A stretch of DNA of 63,797 nt, filler included, from Octopus bimaculoides (GCF_001194135.2; 6 parts of 6 records of this genome joined end to end with filler, not necessarily neighbours in it), one strand, 5' to 3'; counted from the whole stretch's first letter, positions 12,866-27,758 are shown. Program-made: numbers and translations. Notes: generated by a model from the letters alone, not told the origin.

Positions 12866-13655
12866 ATATACATACATACATACATACATGCAAATGAGGG
12901 TGCGTCTGTGTTTGCCCCCACCCTATCCTTGACAACCAATGTTGATGTGCTTACGTCCCTGTAATTTAACAGTTCAGCAAAAGAGACCGATAGAATGAGT
13001 ACTAGGCTTACAAAAAGTAAGTCCTGAGGTCGATTTCTTCGACTAGAAACCCTTTGCGACGGTGCTCCAGCATGGCCGCAATCAAATGATTGAAACAAGT
13101 AAAAAAGAATAGAAGAATAAAAGAATGTATACCTGTGTACGAATGTTTATGCAACAAAATATGTATAATACATGTGTATGCATGTATGTAAATATTTACG
13201 TTCATCTTAGCTGTGTGTGTATGACAGTGGATGAGTGTGTATACATCTATGTTTAAATAAATTTACAAATGCTATGTACGTGTGTCTGCGTGTTTATTTT
13301 AACAGTGTGTATACAATGAATGTGTGTATATACAATCAACTAACTCCAAGAACCCGACAATGACGTGTGGCTGCAAGTTTTCTAGGTCGATTAGTTATGT
13401 CTAAAACTAGATCATTTGTTAGTCGGGCAGCAGCTTTTAGTCAAGTCACTTTTGCATGGTTTTTAAAACAATTTCTCTTCACCGTTTTAATTATATTTTC
13501 AAGGACAGTTGTTAATAACGTTGTTAACTAACTATCTCATCCAATTTCATTATCACCAACTGCTTTGTTGTTAATAAAACAATCATCAGATTGTTTGTTT
13601 CTGTTCAGTCGTTTGACTTTTTTTTTGTCGTTTGGATTAAAGCAAGTACATACAC

Positions 13656-13696
<41 letters not shown>

Positions 13697-13808
13697 TAGG
13701 GCCTCTATGGGTTTCAATTTTCCCCTGCACACATATATGTATATGTTCGTCCAGCGCGCATTTCGTCCAGCGCGCTACCGATTCTGCCAGCTCGCCACTT
13801 TAGTAGTA

Positions 13809-13848
<40 letters not shown>

Positions 13849-14110
13849 TAACAACAACAATAACAGCAACAACAAAACCAAAAACAACAATAATAATAAT
13901 GNNNNNNNNNNNNNNNNNNNNNNNNNNNNNNNNNNNNNNNNNNNNTTAATTAATTAANNNNNNNNNNNNNNNNNNNNNNNNNNNNNNNNNNNNNNNNNNN
14001 NATATATATATATATATATATATACATATAGCGTGTGCGTATGGGCACGTATAATGTATATATTTATGTCTGTCTATGTATGTATGTATGTGAGTATGTA
14101 TGTATGTATG

Positions 14111-14143
<33 letters not shown>

Positions 14144-14560
14144 GATATAATTTCAACCTGTTGCATTGACGGGTTGATTGATGATGTCTACATCAGCAGT
14201 CGTTGAATCAGGTCTACGTAATCAGAAGTGTTACTCAATACCAAAGAACACAAATGTGACATCTCTCAAACGGACGGACGTTGCCAGATTACTACAACTC
14301 AATAGTTTGTGTTACGGAAGCTGACTACAGTTGATGGGGATACACACGCACGTACACACGTGCGCCCTATCTCACAAACAGACACATATACATACAAAAA
14401 GACATGTTATTGTGGTGGTTTTATTTTTCACAATACATGTGACAACATGTATATTTCGAGTTAGAAGTCGTGAATGTGATGGATCGGACAATAATTGTAG
14501 ATACCTCTATAATATTCATAACTATGTACGATTCTATAAAGCTTTATCCTGTGTCTACAT

Positions 14561-14770
14561 GCGGTGAGCTGGCAGAATCGTTAGCACGCCGGGTCAAATG
14601 CTTAGCGGTATTTTGTCTGCCGTTACTTTCTGAGTTCAAATTCCGCCGGAGTCGACTTTGCCTTTCATCTTTTTAAGGTCGATAAATTAAGTACCAGTTG
14701 CGTACTAGGTTCGATCAAATCGACTGGACCACCCCCTCCAAATTTCAGGCCTTGTGCTTATAGTAGAAAA
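14561..14770 (+). mobile_element. SINE family A
   Basis: Full head gcggtgagctggcagaatcgttagcacgccgg; B-box-like gagttcaaattcc. Confidence 0.85.
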
Positions 14771-14829
14771 ATGTGTCTACATAAGGTTTCATACGTATTA
14801 TAGTTTGTCCTAAATTATTAATTTCACAG

Positions 14830-14861
<32 letters not shown>

Positions 14862-17602
14862 TGAGAGAGAGAGAGAGAGCTGATCCTAGATTCCAGTACT
14901 ATTTAGATTTATGTGCAGAGATATAGCGTGATACCTAACTGAGCAGATTTCATTTCTTCGAGGAAGCTCTTTTAACAGTTCACCCCCATTATATACACGC
15001 CTGCATATGTGGCTTCCATTTGCAATTAATATTAGCATTATGTTATTATTGTTGATGCATAATTATTTAGATTTGTGAATAAGGTAAATAAAATAATTTA
15101 GATCAGTAAGCAACACGTTCTCATGAAAAATTCCAAAATTTGTGCTTTGTTGGTTTATATATATGTATGCTTATTCTTTATATGATTTTAGCAATTAATT
15201 TCACACACGCAGATGCGCATATACACTCGCACTCAACCGCGTAAGCGCGAAGACACACGAACAAACACACATATATAAATGTGTTCAACTAATTTATTCA
15301 TTTAGATTTCATTTCTCCAACTTACATAACAAATAAATTGAACGCAGAAAGCAGAAAATGCAAATCCATCACGCACTAGACTTTACAGGACAAGAGAAAG
15401 ATAATGTTTGTGGTATTGTGTTAACCAGTCACAAATAACTTGAATCTTTCTATTACTTAATGCCGATAGCTAACAGTATACATTCCCGTTAAAACTCTAT
15501 CGTTTCTGTGCATAAAATAACCAATCTTCATTGATAGAATCATTTATTTGCTGGTCATCATATAAATTATCCTTATAAGAATGTTCGAAATATCTGGGTA
15601 TATTTCATCCTTAATTGTAATTTATTTTACTGTAACGTAAAACTATCAGAGAATTCCGAAACCATTCTTTTACTAGCTCTTCAACCAATCTAATACCGTA
15701 TCTTAAATGGATACGGGTATACAATGCAACTATGCGCTCGAAATAATTCATATATAAATGACATCAAATGAGATAAAATATGTGAATTCTCGTCTGCAAT
15801 TTAATCCAATAGCGTTTACGCATGATTCGTATTGATTTAAATTGAGAGGAAAAGGCAAAAGGAAATAGGAGTGATTATATACTAGATAATCTCTTGAAGC
15901 ACGTTTCTACTTCAAGCAAATGAAATCAGTTTATATTAGAAATCTGCTTAAATTAAGCGCCATGCCCATGACATATACGCTAACATACGTTACCACTTAC
16001 GCAAAGTTAGCTGGAACATAATATCATGAAGAAATTGTGGTTTAACTATTTTAATATTGTGAAATATAATGAGTTTGTGTATTGCAATGCATTTAAAAAT
16101 ATATCGATGTCACATCTTAAGAATTATATTTCTCAAATATATGGTTGTACAATCAACTAAATATGGTTTTAAAAATCTATTACATAAGACATTGTTCATA
16201 GAGTTTTTATTTTGATGAATAACGTTTAAATCTAGGAAAGGAAATAAATATTAATGGGTAGAATTAAAGGAAGAATATTAAGATTTTGTCATTCTTCTCT
16301 TTCTATAAAGAAAAAAAATGTTATTATGTTATACATGGCTTGGTCCGATCTTTGACGGAAACACATCTATGGTATCTATGTTATCTATATTTAGGCCCAA
16401 TATGCATGCACCTATTGTACATGAAATTCTATTTATTTAGTTCTTTTTTTATTTTTACATTTCTACGTTAGTTTTTATTTTGCTTTTACAATTATGAATT
16501 AATATCAAAGTTTCGCTTTTCGTTGGAAGATCTTATACCAAAAGGTAAGGATTTTAGGACACATAGCAATGTCTAGGATGGTGAGATTACATTAGATACT
16601 ATATGTCGATCACGCATTTCCAAATTTGAAAAAAAAAAAAATAACTGGAAATCATAATCTCATAAACTTTATAAGCTTGTGTTAATCTATTAACTTCTAT
16701 GCGTAGCACAATTTAATCTTGCCTTTCCTCGGACTTACACTACGCTTTAAATTGGCATATATTTACATAAGTTTCAACAGCATAACAATAATTTTACTAA
16801 GAGTATAAGTCGTTTAATCTTGTGAGACTATATTTATCGTATGAGATTGAATGCCATTTAATTGAAGGAATGTATGCGAAATGTGATGATTATATTATTC
16901 CTTGTTACAATAACATTCTATTTAACGAAATTCATTAACCAACTCATGCGAGGAGAATTAAAGTGCCACTAGGTGTCGAATAACCTTGCTGTTGGCAATA
17001 ATGTCGCTTTAACATCTGAGTTTTAAAAATGTCTTAGTCAAATTTACTGTTCGTCAATCGAGAGGAATAAAAATAGCGCATATAACCATGCTCTCCTTCA
17101 ATAAACAATCAACAGTGTTGATACACTGTCGACGAATAGCTGTGCTAATGAAACACCAAGTGAACCATTTAAACTTATTATTACTGCTGGTGACATCATT
17201 CAAAAGATATTTTCATCTTTCCCTCATGCAAAGTTATTTTCTTGAGCCTAGGAATCATAATACTGTTCTCCGATTTCCATGCGTACACGTGATTGAGATT
17301 ACAACAGACATTCTCAAAGTGACTACAGTCTATTTCAGGGTTCGAGATCGGCAATTTTGAGGAGAGGCGACAAGTCAGTTACATTGAAGCCAGTTCATGA
17401 CTGGTACTAAATGTTATTAAAATGGATGAAAGGCAAGGATGACGTCGGAGGGATTTAAACTCAGAACAGCGAGAAGAAATATCGCCGAAAACGTTTCCGC
17501 CGGATTGTATTTTGATTTGTGATTTATTCAAATACAAACATCTAGAAGTATTTCTCTATTGCACTACGTAAAACAAATGTTGAGCAACATAAATTTACTT
17601 AC

Positions 17603-17785
17603 TTGTACATGTCATTTTAGGTCCGCTCCAAGTACCGTCACCTTTACACATAGCACGTTGATAGCCGCTCGCCGTATAAGTTGAACGACAAGTGTACATC
17701 AATTCAGTACCGGCTGGGAACCTTGCTTGTTCTCTTGGTGCATTGTGAAGTGCATTCTCAATACTTGGTGGCTGATTACAGACCA
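17603..17785 (-). CDS. Internal exon encoding one Sushi/CCP domain, resembling LEV-9/Hasp-type CCP proteins
   Basis: Acceptor ttttttgttgcag| and donor ACAA|gtaagt; 183 bp; phase 1-1; VCNQPPSIENA...YTCRSTY...G..RAMC.GDGTWSGPKMTC has the four Cys plus Trp CCP signature. The LEV-9 assignment rests on recalled motif similarity (A.HNAP.EQ..F). Confidence 0.9.
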
Positions 17786-19447
17786 CTGCAACAAAAAATT
17801 ATGCAATTTCTGCTGAATGTTTTGCTCAAATTAAATTTATAACCTTTTAAAATTAGTTATAATGCACAAACATTTCTAAATAAGTATACACATCTATAGG
17901 GGCAAATACAAACATAGATCTGACATTCACGCTAAGCTCGATAGACCAAACTAACGACGAAACAACGAAACAACAAAACACCGAAACAACACATAAAACC
18001 AAAGACAAATGCTAACTGATACATTTAATATTAAGAACAAGAAATATATAGTAACGACGAAGAGAATTTTCAAATTGACATAGGAAAAGTTTACTCAAAC
18101 ATTTAAACAGGTCGAAATATACAAAGTACTAGGAAATATTTATGTTGACAAGATGTATATTAGACAGAAACATAGCTCAATTATGAGAGTTAACAAAGAG
18201 AGACATATTGAAAACTTTAACGTAAGACTTTAATTAATGCTGTAGCATTAAACACACGTTACTGGAGACTTCAATACTTAGACTAAGAACAACGCAAAAT
18301 GACTTGAACTATAAAACTTAACAGAAAATAGAAAACAACTGGGAAACACGAATAACACAAGATGGAACAACATGCATAGTATATATACATGTGTATGCAC
18401 TTATAACACGAACATATATATATATATATATATATATATANNNNNNNNNNNNNNNNNNNNNNNNNNNNNNNNNNNNNNNNNNNNNNNNNNNNNNNNNNNN
18501 NNNNNNNNNNNNNNNNNNNNNNNNNNNNNNNNNNNNNNNNNNNNNNNNNNNNNNNNNNNNNNNNNNNNNNNNNNNNNNNNNNNNNNNNNNNNNNNNNNNN
18601 NNNNNNNNNNNNNNNNNNNNNNNNNNNNNNNNNNNNNNNNNNNNNNNNNNNNNNNNNNNNNNNNNNNNNNNNNNNNNNNNNNNNNNNNNNNNNNNNNNNN
18701 NNNNNNNNNNNNNNNNNNNNNNNNNNNNNNNNNNNNNNNNNNNNNNNNNNNNNNNNNNNNNNNNNNNNNNNNNNNNNNNNNNNNNNNNNNNNNNNNNNNN
18801 NNNNNNNNNNNNNNNNNNNNNNNNNNNNNNNNNNNNNNNNNNNNNNNNNNNNNNNNNNNNNNNNNNNNNNNNNNNNNNNNNNNNNNNNNNNNNNNNNNNN
18901 NNNNNNNNNNNNNNNTATATATATATATATATTCTAGTCATAAGTATATACACATATAATATGAAATATATCAAACTAGGCGATATATTTATTCAAACTA
19001 TAACACATATAAACAAACATACATACATATGATATTTTATACGGATTTCTTTTTTAATTTTACAACTACATATAATTCAGGATATACATATATATATTGC
19101 TGTAGAGAGGAATAAGTTGTATATAATATATATACGAATACGGATTACACAGATATTAATTACATATACGAAGTATATATATATTATATACTCTAACAAC
19201 CGTAGACATTATATACATACAAGAGGACGCATATAAATATTGTAATATAAGTATGTAAATATATATGCTCACACATACATAAATGATATGTATGCATATG
19301 TATGTATATATACACACATGTATGTATATACCTAAACACGCATTCACAAATTTCTAAACACATATTGAACGTGCAAATTTGTCTCACAACACCAGGACAA
19401 GGAAGATTCTTTGTAATGCATATACCACGTGATACTTGAATATTTAC

Positions 19448-19465
19448 CCATGTTAAATTTTGCAT
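19448..19465 (-). CDS. Candidate 18-nt microexon (phase 1-1, xAKFNM) upstream of the Sushi exon
   Basis: Long polypyrimidine acceptor ttttttgtttcctttttttcag| and donor ATGG|gtaaat; frame-preserving with the Sushi exon. Speculative. Confidence 0.3.
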
Positions 19466-19965
19466 CTGAAAAAAAGGAAACAAAAAACTAAAAACCAAGT
19501 GATCCTTTCACTTATGGGAAAAAGTATTCCGTTTTGTTTCCAACGGGTTTCAATATACCAAGGAAGCACCAAGAGCAAGAGGAATTTGCTTTCTACATAT
19601 TCAACTATTGTGTGTCATTGGTGCAGGTATACGGTTTCTGGGCAATCAGTGGGATATACCTTTTTCTTAAGACAAGACGATTCAATCATTCCCTACGGTT
19701 GCTATGCACATATATACGTTATATAAACACATATAGACAACATACACACACATATATACACATATATTTATGACTCTGCGTATATACATATAATCACACA
19801 TGTATAGATGCATATATATTATGTATATTATCACCTTCTGTTTCTCTCTCCCTCTCTCACACTATATATATGTGTGTGTACATATATAAGTATGTATATA
19901 TAAATATGCATGCATATGTATATATGGGTATNNNNNNNNNNNNNNNNNNNNNNNNNNNNNNNNNN

Positions 19966-19999
<34 letters not shown>

Positions 20000-21155
20000 A
20001 ATATGTGTGTGTGCTTTTTATGTGTATGTAAATGTATGTATGTGTGAATGTGTATATATATATATATGTTTGTAAGTGTATATGGTGGTATGTATAATTT
20101 CCCAGTAAATCATGTGCACTGAATGATAGTGACAAATTGTAGAGAAAATATCTTAATGTAATTATTTATGTAAGAAATATATGCTTTACTTTAACATGAT
20201 ATTTTCTGACATACATGGAATAAAATATAGTTATTGAGATATTAATAACGTAGAGGAATAATATAATATAATGCAATGCATTTTATGAAATTAAATATAT
20301 GAAATATAATTGATTTTTTTTTTTTTGCAGTCGTCCGATCCTTCTTTATTTCTCTCGCTATCGCTCATACACACATTCTATCTTTCTGTTTCCCCGCCAT
20401 CTCCATTCTCTGTTCATATTTTGTTCCCATCTCCCTGAGTGAACAATCAGTTAAGTATGAGTTTTCTACATTCACTGCCTGAGGTCGGCATTAAATAGGT
20501 TACCATTTCAGTATTATTTTACGTTCATCATTTATATACTCATAAAATCATTTTATAGGCAGCATTTCAATAGCGTTTGTTTCAACTTAATGGAAATAAG
20601 TTTTTTATTATATTTAAACCAGGAGAATTTGTCTTATTTTTGAACACACAAACATATGGGATGAAGCAATAACGTTGCAAATATATCGATGACAAATATT
20701 CACTCGTCTTTTAGTAGTTTTCAAATTTGAACTTGTGGCGAAATTCACCACTTTAGTACTCACAGTTTTATTGTATTCAGAGTCTACGGCAAAATGACAA
20801 ACATTTTGTTAACGTACCTGTAATCAGAGAGACTCCGTCTATATTTACGCATCACCTCTGTGTATTTTCAATAGCAATGTGATTCTGATCGACAGATTAC
20901 AAGTTTGCAACCATATAATTTGTAGTACAGAAGTCAGAAAAAATTACAAATTGTTAACCCGTATAGAAGAAGAATTTACAATGATATCGTCTATCAATGA
21001 TGTGTTTATGGAAATAATTCTTAGGTTCAGTAGGATGTTGCTTGTTTTCACTTTTTCTACAGACTTTTGACTGGCACTAGCATTCAGAATGGAGCAAGAG
21101 AGTCCATTTGTTAATAAATTTGTTTGCTTTATACGGAATTATTATTATATTTTCA

Positions 21156-21633
21156 TTCAATAGTCTTATTTTTATCACGTACATTCACTGCGCAGCTCTG
21201 TGTGCCTTGGGTATATGCTGTGATTTATAATGTTGCTCTTATTGTTACTGTATTGAAAATGTTTTACGTAGGATGTGTGCGGTGCCTATTAGAGCTATTT
21301 TCTGTATATTACATATATGTTAGTCCTGGTGTTTTTGTTATGCATTTGTCTGAATATTATTTTTATCATAGCTAATGCGCCTACTATAAGAATTGTTTCT
21401 GAATTTTGACTCCACATTCGAGTTACCTCTATCTCCAGGTCTTTGCATTTTGAAAGTTTCTCTACTTCTTTTAGAAAAAACCTTGTCCTCTGTTGGTATT
21501 GATACATCGATTAGAAATAATTTTTTTCTTGATGATCGCTGACAACTATATCGGACCTATTGGCAATAATTTCTCTATCTGTGTGTATTGGCATATCCCA
21601 TAGCATGGTTACTTTCTCATTTTTTGTAATATC
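21156..21633 (-). mobile_element. 5'-truncated R4/Dong-like LINE
   Basis: WDMPIHTDREIIANRSDIVV / LFLIDVSIP / EKLSKCKDLEIEVTRMW / IVGAL / HILRK, with frameshifts; 5' end abuts (TTA)n 21634-21699. Confidence 0.85.
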
Positions 21634-21646
21634 ATTATTATTATTA

Positions 21647-21699
<53 letters not shown>

Positions 21700-21702
<3 letters not shown>

Positions 21703-21968
21703 TAGTTTTATTTTTATAACCTGCTTTCACTTCACTACCGAGCGCAGCTCTGTGCGCCTTGGGTGTGTGCTGTGGTTTGCTGTGGTGCTCTTATGTTTAC
21801 TGTATTGAAAGTGTTTTGCGTAGGATGTGTGCAGTACCCAGTAGTGCAATTTTCTGTATGTTATATATATTTGTAAGTCCTGCTATTTTTGTTATGTATT
21901 TGTCTGAATATTTTTTTATTATACCTAAGGCACCTACTATGATAGGAATTGTTTCTGTTTTTAGATTC
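21700..21968 (-). mobile_element. Second tandem 5'-truncated R4/Dong-like LINE
   Basis: NLKTETIPIIVGALGIIKKYSDKYITKIAGLTNIYNIQKIALLGTAHILRKTLSIQ* plus the same 3' UTR as the neighbouring copy; flanked by (TTA)n on both sides. Confidence 0.85.
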
Positions 21969-22028
<60 letters not shown>

Positions 22029-22755
22029 CACCATCATCATAAATACACACACACACACACCTATATATGTCTGTATATATCTGTATGCCTGTTTCTCTGT
22101 GTATATAAGTGCGTGTGGTATCTTTGTGCATGAATGTGTTAACACAGGTGTTTGCGTAACCGTATTATTAAATATATTAGCAAATTAAGACTATATATGT
22201 AACACTATTTCGAAAATTCTTTATATTTTGGCACGAACTATATTATTCGAGATTGGTACCTCTTACCTAGAAATGCATATGCGTGTGTGTATGTTTGTGT
22301 GAGTGTACATGTCTGTATACGGAAAACAAGAACCAGGCTCATATACACCATCTTTTTACTAACTATATTAATAGTACAGTAATTCCACTTCACTATAAAG
22401 GTCGAATAACATATCTCGTATCAGATAAATCTGATATACGACACACAAGTTACGTTCTGTTTGAAACACAAAGCAATAAAACCTGAAGATACGTAGAATA
22501 TTAGAAAAACTTGGGATCATTTTCATTAAAATCAATAACGTATTGCTTCAAGCGTCAGCTACCGACCAGAAAAATTTATGCGCTCTTTCAATGTGAACTA
22601 CATACATCAGTCACTACACAAAACCTCTGCCTCTCTGTTTTATTCTATGAGCATATTTATATATAGACAGGCGTATGCAGGCAGTTGTATAATTAATTAT
22701 GCGTATAAATATGCATATATATATATATTTATATATATATGCATATAAATATACA

Positions 22756-22790
<35 letters not shown>

Positions 22791-24018
22791 NNNNNNNNNN
22801 NNNNNNNNNNNNNNNNNNNNNNNNNNNNNNNNNNNNNNNNNNNNNNNNNNNNNNNNNNNNNNNNNNNNNNNNNNNNNNNNNNNNNNNNNNNNNNNNNNNN
22901 NNNNNNNNNNNNNNNNNNNNNNNNNNNNNNNNNNNNNNNNNNNNNNNNNNNNNNNNNNNNNNNNNNNNNNNNNNNNNNNNNNNNNNNNNNNNNNNNNNNN
23001 NNNNNNNNNNNNNNNNNNNNNNNNNNNNNNNNNNNNNNNNNNNNNNNNNNNNNNNNNNNNNNNNNNNNNNNNNNNNNNNNNNNNNNNNNNNNNNNNNNNN
23101 NNNNNNNNNNNNNNNNNNNNNNNNNNNNNNNNNNNNNNNNNNNNNNNNNNNNNNNNNNNNNNNNNNNNNNNNNNNNNNNNNNNNNNNNNNNNNNNNNNNN
23201 NNNNNNNNNNNNNNNNNNNNNNNNNNNNNNNNNNNNNNNNNNNNNNNNNNNNNNNNNNNNNNNNNNNNNNNNNNNNNNNNNNNNNNNNNNNNNNNNNNNN
23301 NNNNNNNNNATATATATGAGACACACTGAAATGAGAAAGGGAAAAGAAATTATGGTATGAACTTCATTAGCTTACTGCTGTTTCTGCTTTAAAATTCCAT
23401 ACAATACACTCGTCGCTGAATGCTTGTTTATCATTTATACATACATGGAAACATGCATTCATATATACGTACATGCATACACTCATACATACATACATAC
23501 GTATATATATTTATTTCTTCGTGAATAATGAAATATATAATTACTGGTAATTGCGCGTAATTACTCAGGTTTACAAAATGATAGATGTCACTGAGAAGGC
23601 GCGCTAACAATAGTGAAATTTTGCCGGAGGTTTTGGCGAAAGGTTTAGTAAAAATATGTTGAAACAAATGTTAGGGGAGTTTCCAACTCACTGGCTTGGA
23701 TAAACATTGGCACCCAAAGTAAAATAAAATTTGACTTGAATAAAAGGATTTCGTCGAAATTGATTTGAAGATCGTCTTCACATTATTAGCACCATCTTAA
23801 TCATCAAAATCAATACTTTCGTCATCTTTATTTTGTTTTGTGCCACAACTATAGTAACAATGTTGAGATATTAACTGTTGTTCTAGTATTTAACTATACT
23901 CTTTCATTCCTATCTCCTCTCTTATCACTTTCTTTCACTCTCTGTCCCCTATCTTTCTCTAAGTATTTTTGTATATACTTGTATGCGTGTGTGTGTGTGT
24001 GTGTGTGTCTGTGTGAAC

Positions 24019-24054
<36 letters not shown>

Positions 24055-24599
24055 ATGTGTGATTGGCTACACCGGAATACATNNNNNNNNNNNNNNNNNN
24101 NNNNNNNNNNNNNNNNNNNNNNNNNNNNNNNNNNNNNNNNNNNNNNNNNNNNNNNNNNNNNNNNNNNNNNNNNNNNNNNNNNNNNNNNNNNNNNNNNNNN
24201 NNNNNNNNNNNNNNNNNNNNNNNNNNNNNNNNNNNNNNNNNNNNNNNNNNNNNNNNNNNNNNNNNNNNNNNNNNNNNNNNNNNNNNNNNNNNNNNNNNNN
24301 NNNNNNNNNNNNNNNNNNNNNNNNNNNNNNNNNNNNNNNNNNNNNNNNNNNNNNNNNNNNNNNNNNNNNNNNNNNNNNNNNNNNNNNNNNNNNNNNNNNN
24401 NNNNNNNNNNNNNNNNNNNNNNNNNNNNNNNNNNNNNNNNNNNNNNNNNNNNNNNNNNNNNNNNNNNNNNNNNNNNNNNNNNNNNNNNNNNNNNNNNNNN
24501 NNNNNNNNNNNNNNNNNNNNNNNNNNNNNNNNNNNNNNNNNNNNNNNNNNNNNNNNNNNNNNNNNNNNNNNNNNNNNNNNNNNNNNNNNNNNNNATATA

Positions 24600-24645
<46 letters not shown>

Positions 24646-24720
24646 GCACATACACATACATATATATATATACACATACACACACATACACACGTACACA
24701 TATATATATAAATCAAAAGA

Positions 24721-24733
24721 TGGATAGATAGAT

Positions 24734-24789
<56 letters not shown>

Positions 24790-24790
24790 T
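24721..24790. repeat. (GATA)n microsatellite; many other (AT)n, (GT)n, (CATA)n, (TTTC)n and (TAA)n tracts occur throughout
   Basis: Direct inspection. Confidence 0.95.
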
Positions 24791-25467
24791 CCTTATTTCA
24801 CTGACAACTCTTTATTGTGGGAAGGAGACCAGCAAACAAATGATGCATGTCAGTTTGCTAAAAAAAAAAACAAATTAAAAGTAAGTGATGAATGCCATTC
24901 AGCAAGCCATTGAAGCTAGCAAAGGATGGCCGGAAATTTGTGAGATATTATTCTGTTTAGTTTGTAATGTACGTTTTATCAAATAAACGTTTATACCATT
25001 TAGCTGAAAATGTAGACTGTAGAATCGTCACAGCTCGTATCACTGTCTACTTGCTTAGCTGCTGGCATTTTACCACTAACATACGAAGGTTTGTTTTGGG
25101 CGTAAAACTAAATCAATACACTATAGAACATTTTAGTCTCTACCACAAAGTTTAATATTTCATTGATGCTGTTAATATTTATTGTGTTTCCGAAATTCTA
25201 CAGACCATAACCATTGCAGTGAGGGCTCTACCTGACGGTTTTAGCGGCTAGAAACAACGTGGAAATCTCCCTCAAAAACATCAAGCTTAATTTAAATTTA
25301 AAAAGAAATAAAAGGACATAGTAAACAATGTAAAGGTATATTCGGAATACAGATGAACATATATATGTTCGGTCGGGGAAATTCTTTGGAGCAGCTCCAG
25401 CATAAGTTATCATAGAAAAACAGGTGTAAATGTGTCATTTAATGTTATACAGATGTTTAAAATGTGA

Positions 25468-25745
25468 AGCCGCATGGCTTAATGGTTAGGTATTTGGCTC
25501 ACGATCGTAAGGCCCTGGATTCAATTCAGGGCGGAAAGTTGTCTCCTTGAGCAAAATACTTTATTTCACGTTGCTTCAGTGCATTTGGTTAGCAAAAATC
25601 AGTAGTACCTTTCTTTAAAAAGACCAGTCTTTGTCGCATCCTGTATCACGTTGAATCTCCCTGGGAACTACTTGCCTGTGGAGTATGCAGCCACTTGCAC
25701 GTTAATATGACGAGCAGGCAGTTTTGTTGATTCAATCAACTCTCT
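25468..25745 (+). mobile_element. Degenerate SINE family B
   Basis: Shares the head and the cacgctgaatctccc...cacgttaat...gagcaggc body with 36315-36700. Confidence 0.75.
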
Positions 25746-26287
25746 CCCCACCACCGACGGAGAGCCAATTGTGAAGGTGAGTTGATTAAACTAATCATAA
25801 TGAAGTGGTTGTCAATAAAGTCCTGACACAAATAATGATGTTGACACAGAGAATGATGCATCCGATTGTATATATCGACAATATTTAGCTCTAATGTGGC
25901 GTTTAAACTGTTAAAGATTAATGTGCAATGCGTAAATATAAACAACGCATTTGGTATAATTAACAGAAGCAAATTTATTTTAGACCGTTCGTGAATGTTA
26001 TCAACGTTGGCAAACAATTAATATGAAGCTAATTAGAATTAGAATGGATTTTAGAATAGTTGTTTATACACATAAACACTTACACGTTTATATGTAATAT
26101 CAGTTCTTAAGTATGTGAGTTTATGAATTTATCTAAAAGGATTAGAAGACAGAAAACTTTATCATCGGAACATGTACAGAATACAGTCTCTGAGTTTCAT
26201 TGGGAAATAAGTTCTCTCTTTCTCTCGTTTCCTCTCTTTCACTAGTTCTTTCTTTCTTTCTTTCTTTCTTCCTTTCTTTCTTTCTTC

Positions 26288-26325
<38 letters not shown>

Positions 26326-27758
26326 CTCCCTACCTTTCTCTCTCTGTGCGTGTGTGTGCGTGCGTGAGTGTGTTGCGTGTGCACGTACGTGTGTGCGTGT
26401 GTGTGTGCACGTACGTACGTGCGTATGTGTGTATGCGCATGTGTGCACGCAGTGTGTGCGTGTGTGTGTGTATGTGTGTTTGTGTGTGTGTCATTTAAGT
26501 CATTTATGCAATGGCGAATGAAAAATATTAAATGAGACAGTTGTGTTATTTTGTTTTAAAAACTTAACGAAAAAGAAAACGAAGAAAATTATATTAAATA
26601 AATCTTTTTGAAATGCTTCTGTTGCATGAAGAAACACATTTTTAAAGAATTATTAAATAAAATATCCATTTATAGAATGAAATAGAAAACAATTCCTCTG
26701 TCTTCAAGTTGAACGAGCTGTTTCCTTTTGAATAATTCATTACAATATTGCATTGATAACATCAACAGCATCGCTGCATTTTGAATTTAAGCTATTTCCT
26801 ACGAAACAATATATGAAATTGATATGGCAGGTAACTTTTTTTCCTATATCTAAAATTTAAATTTCAATCTTCAGTTCGGTTTCGCGGGGCTTTATACTAG
26901 TAATGTTGAAGTAAACATATAAAACAAAGATAAACATATTGTAACAGTTCGTTGAGTGACATGTTAATGAAAAGTAATGTAAAAATTATTTGCTATAGAA
27001 AATTATGAAAAGCAATTCTAAAAAATATTTCTCTATGTATTCTCAGAAGAAATCTTCGGCTTCCTGATACATATTGAATATCAACTAACTTTATTTGGAA
27101 AATGAAGACGTATACGCTTATTCATGCTTTCTGTAGTACATTTACGCAAAACATCTCCAATGAATAGAAGTGCACATTATTTACTTCCGAGTTCTGATAA
27201 AAAGAAGACCGACGTTGCCAGTTACGTATATTTAATTTTACGTTGATATTTGAACACTTCATTTTCTGCCACAATAATCTAAATATACAGTTTGCTTACT
27301 TTGAATACTAATTAGTAATATATATTTAAGGTAAACTTCTGAATCAGCCTTATATGATGATTCTATTGAATAATATTTTGTAATTTCTTGGGTAGTTTAG
27401 TTGTTCTATATACAGTGAGCAGTCAGATGATCGTCTTTAGGACCGTGGTGACTAATACTAAGTAATGAGAGTTGTGCACATTGCAGTCTTGTCATTCTAT
27501 GCAGTTAAATAATAAGTTACAAAATAAGAAGATATGAACTACACTGGTAATTGTATAATATAGAATCTATTTTGACATCTTAACTTTCAACTATAGAAAG
27601 GAAGGTGTAACAAGCCAGTTGACACTTTTACACCCATAGCTTGTAGGGTGACTGCATTTCGTATTCCACAAAAGATCGCATATGATTCCATCGTTTCTAA
27701 GTAATTGGATGATATACAATGATGACATTTCTATATTCAAGAGATGGGGAATTATGTG

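Noticed and set aside
13946-13957. TTAATTAATTAA embedded in N runs (also 34244-34255, 41694-41705, 55900-55911, 62550-62561)
   Set aside because: An identical six-frame-stop linker centred in N gaps is a scaffolding spacer, not biology.
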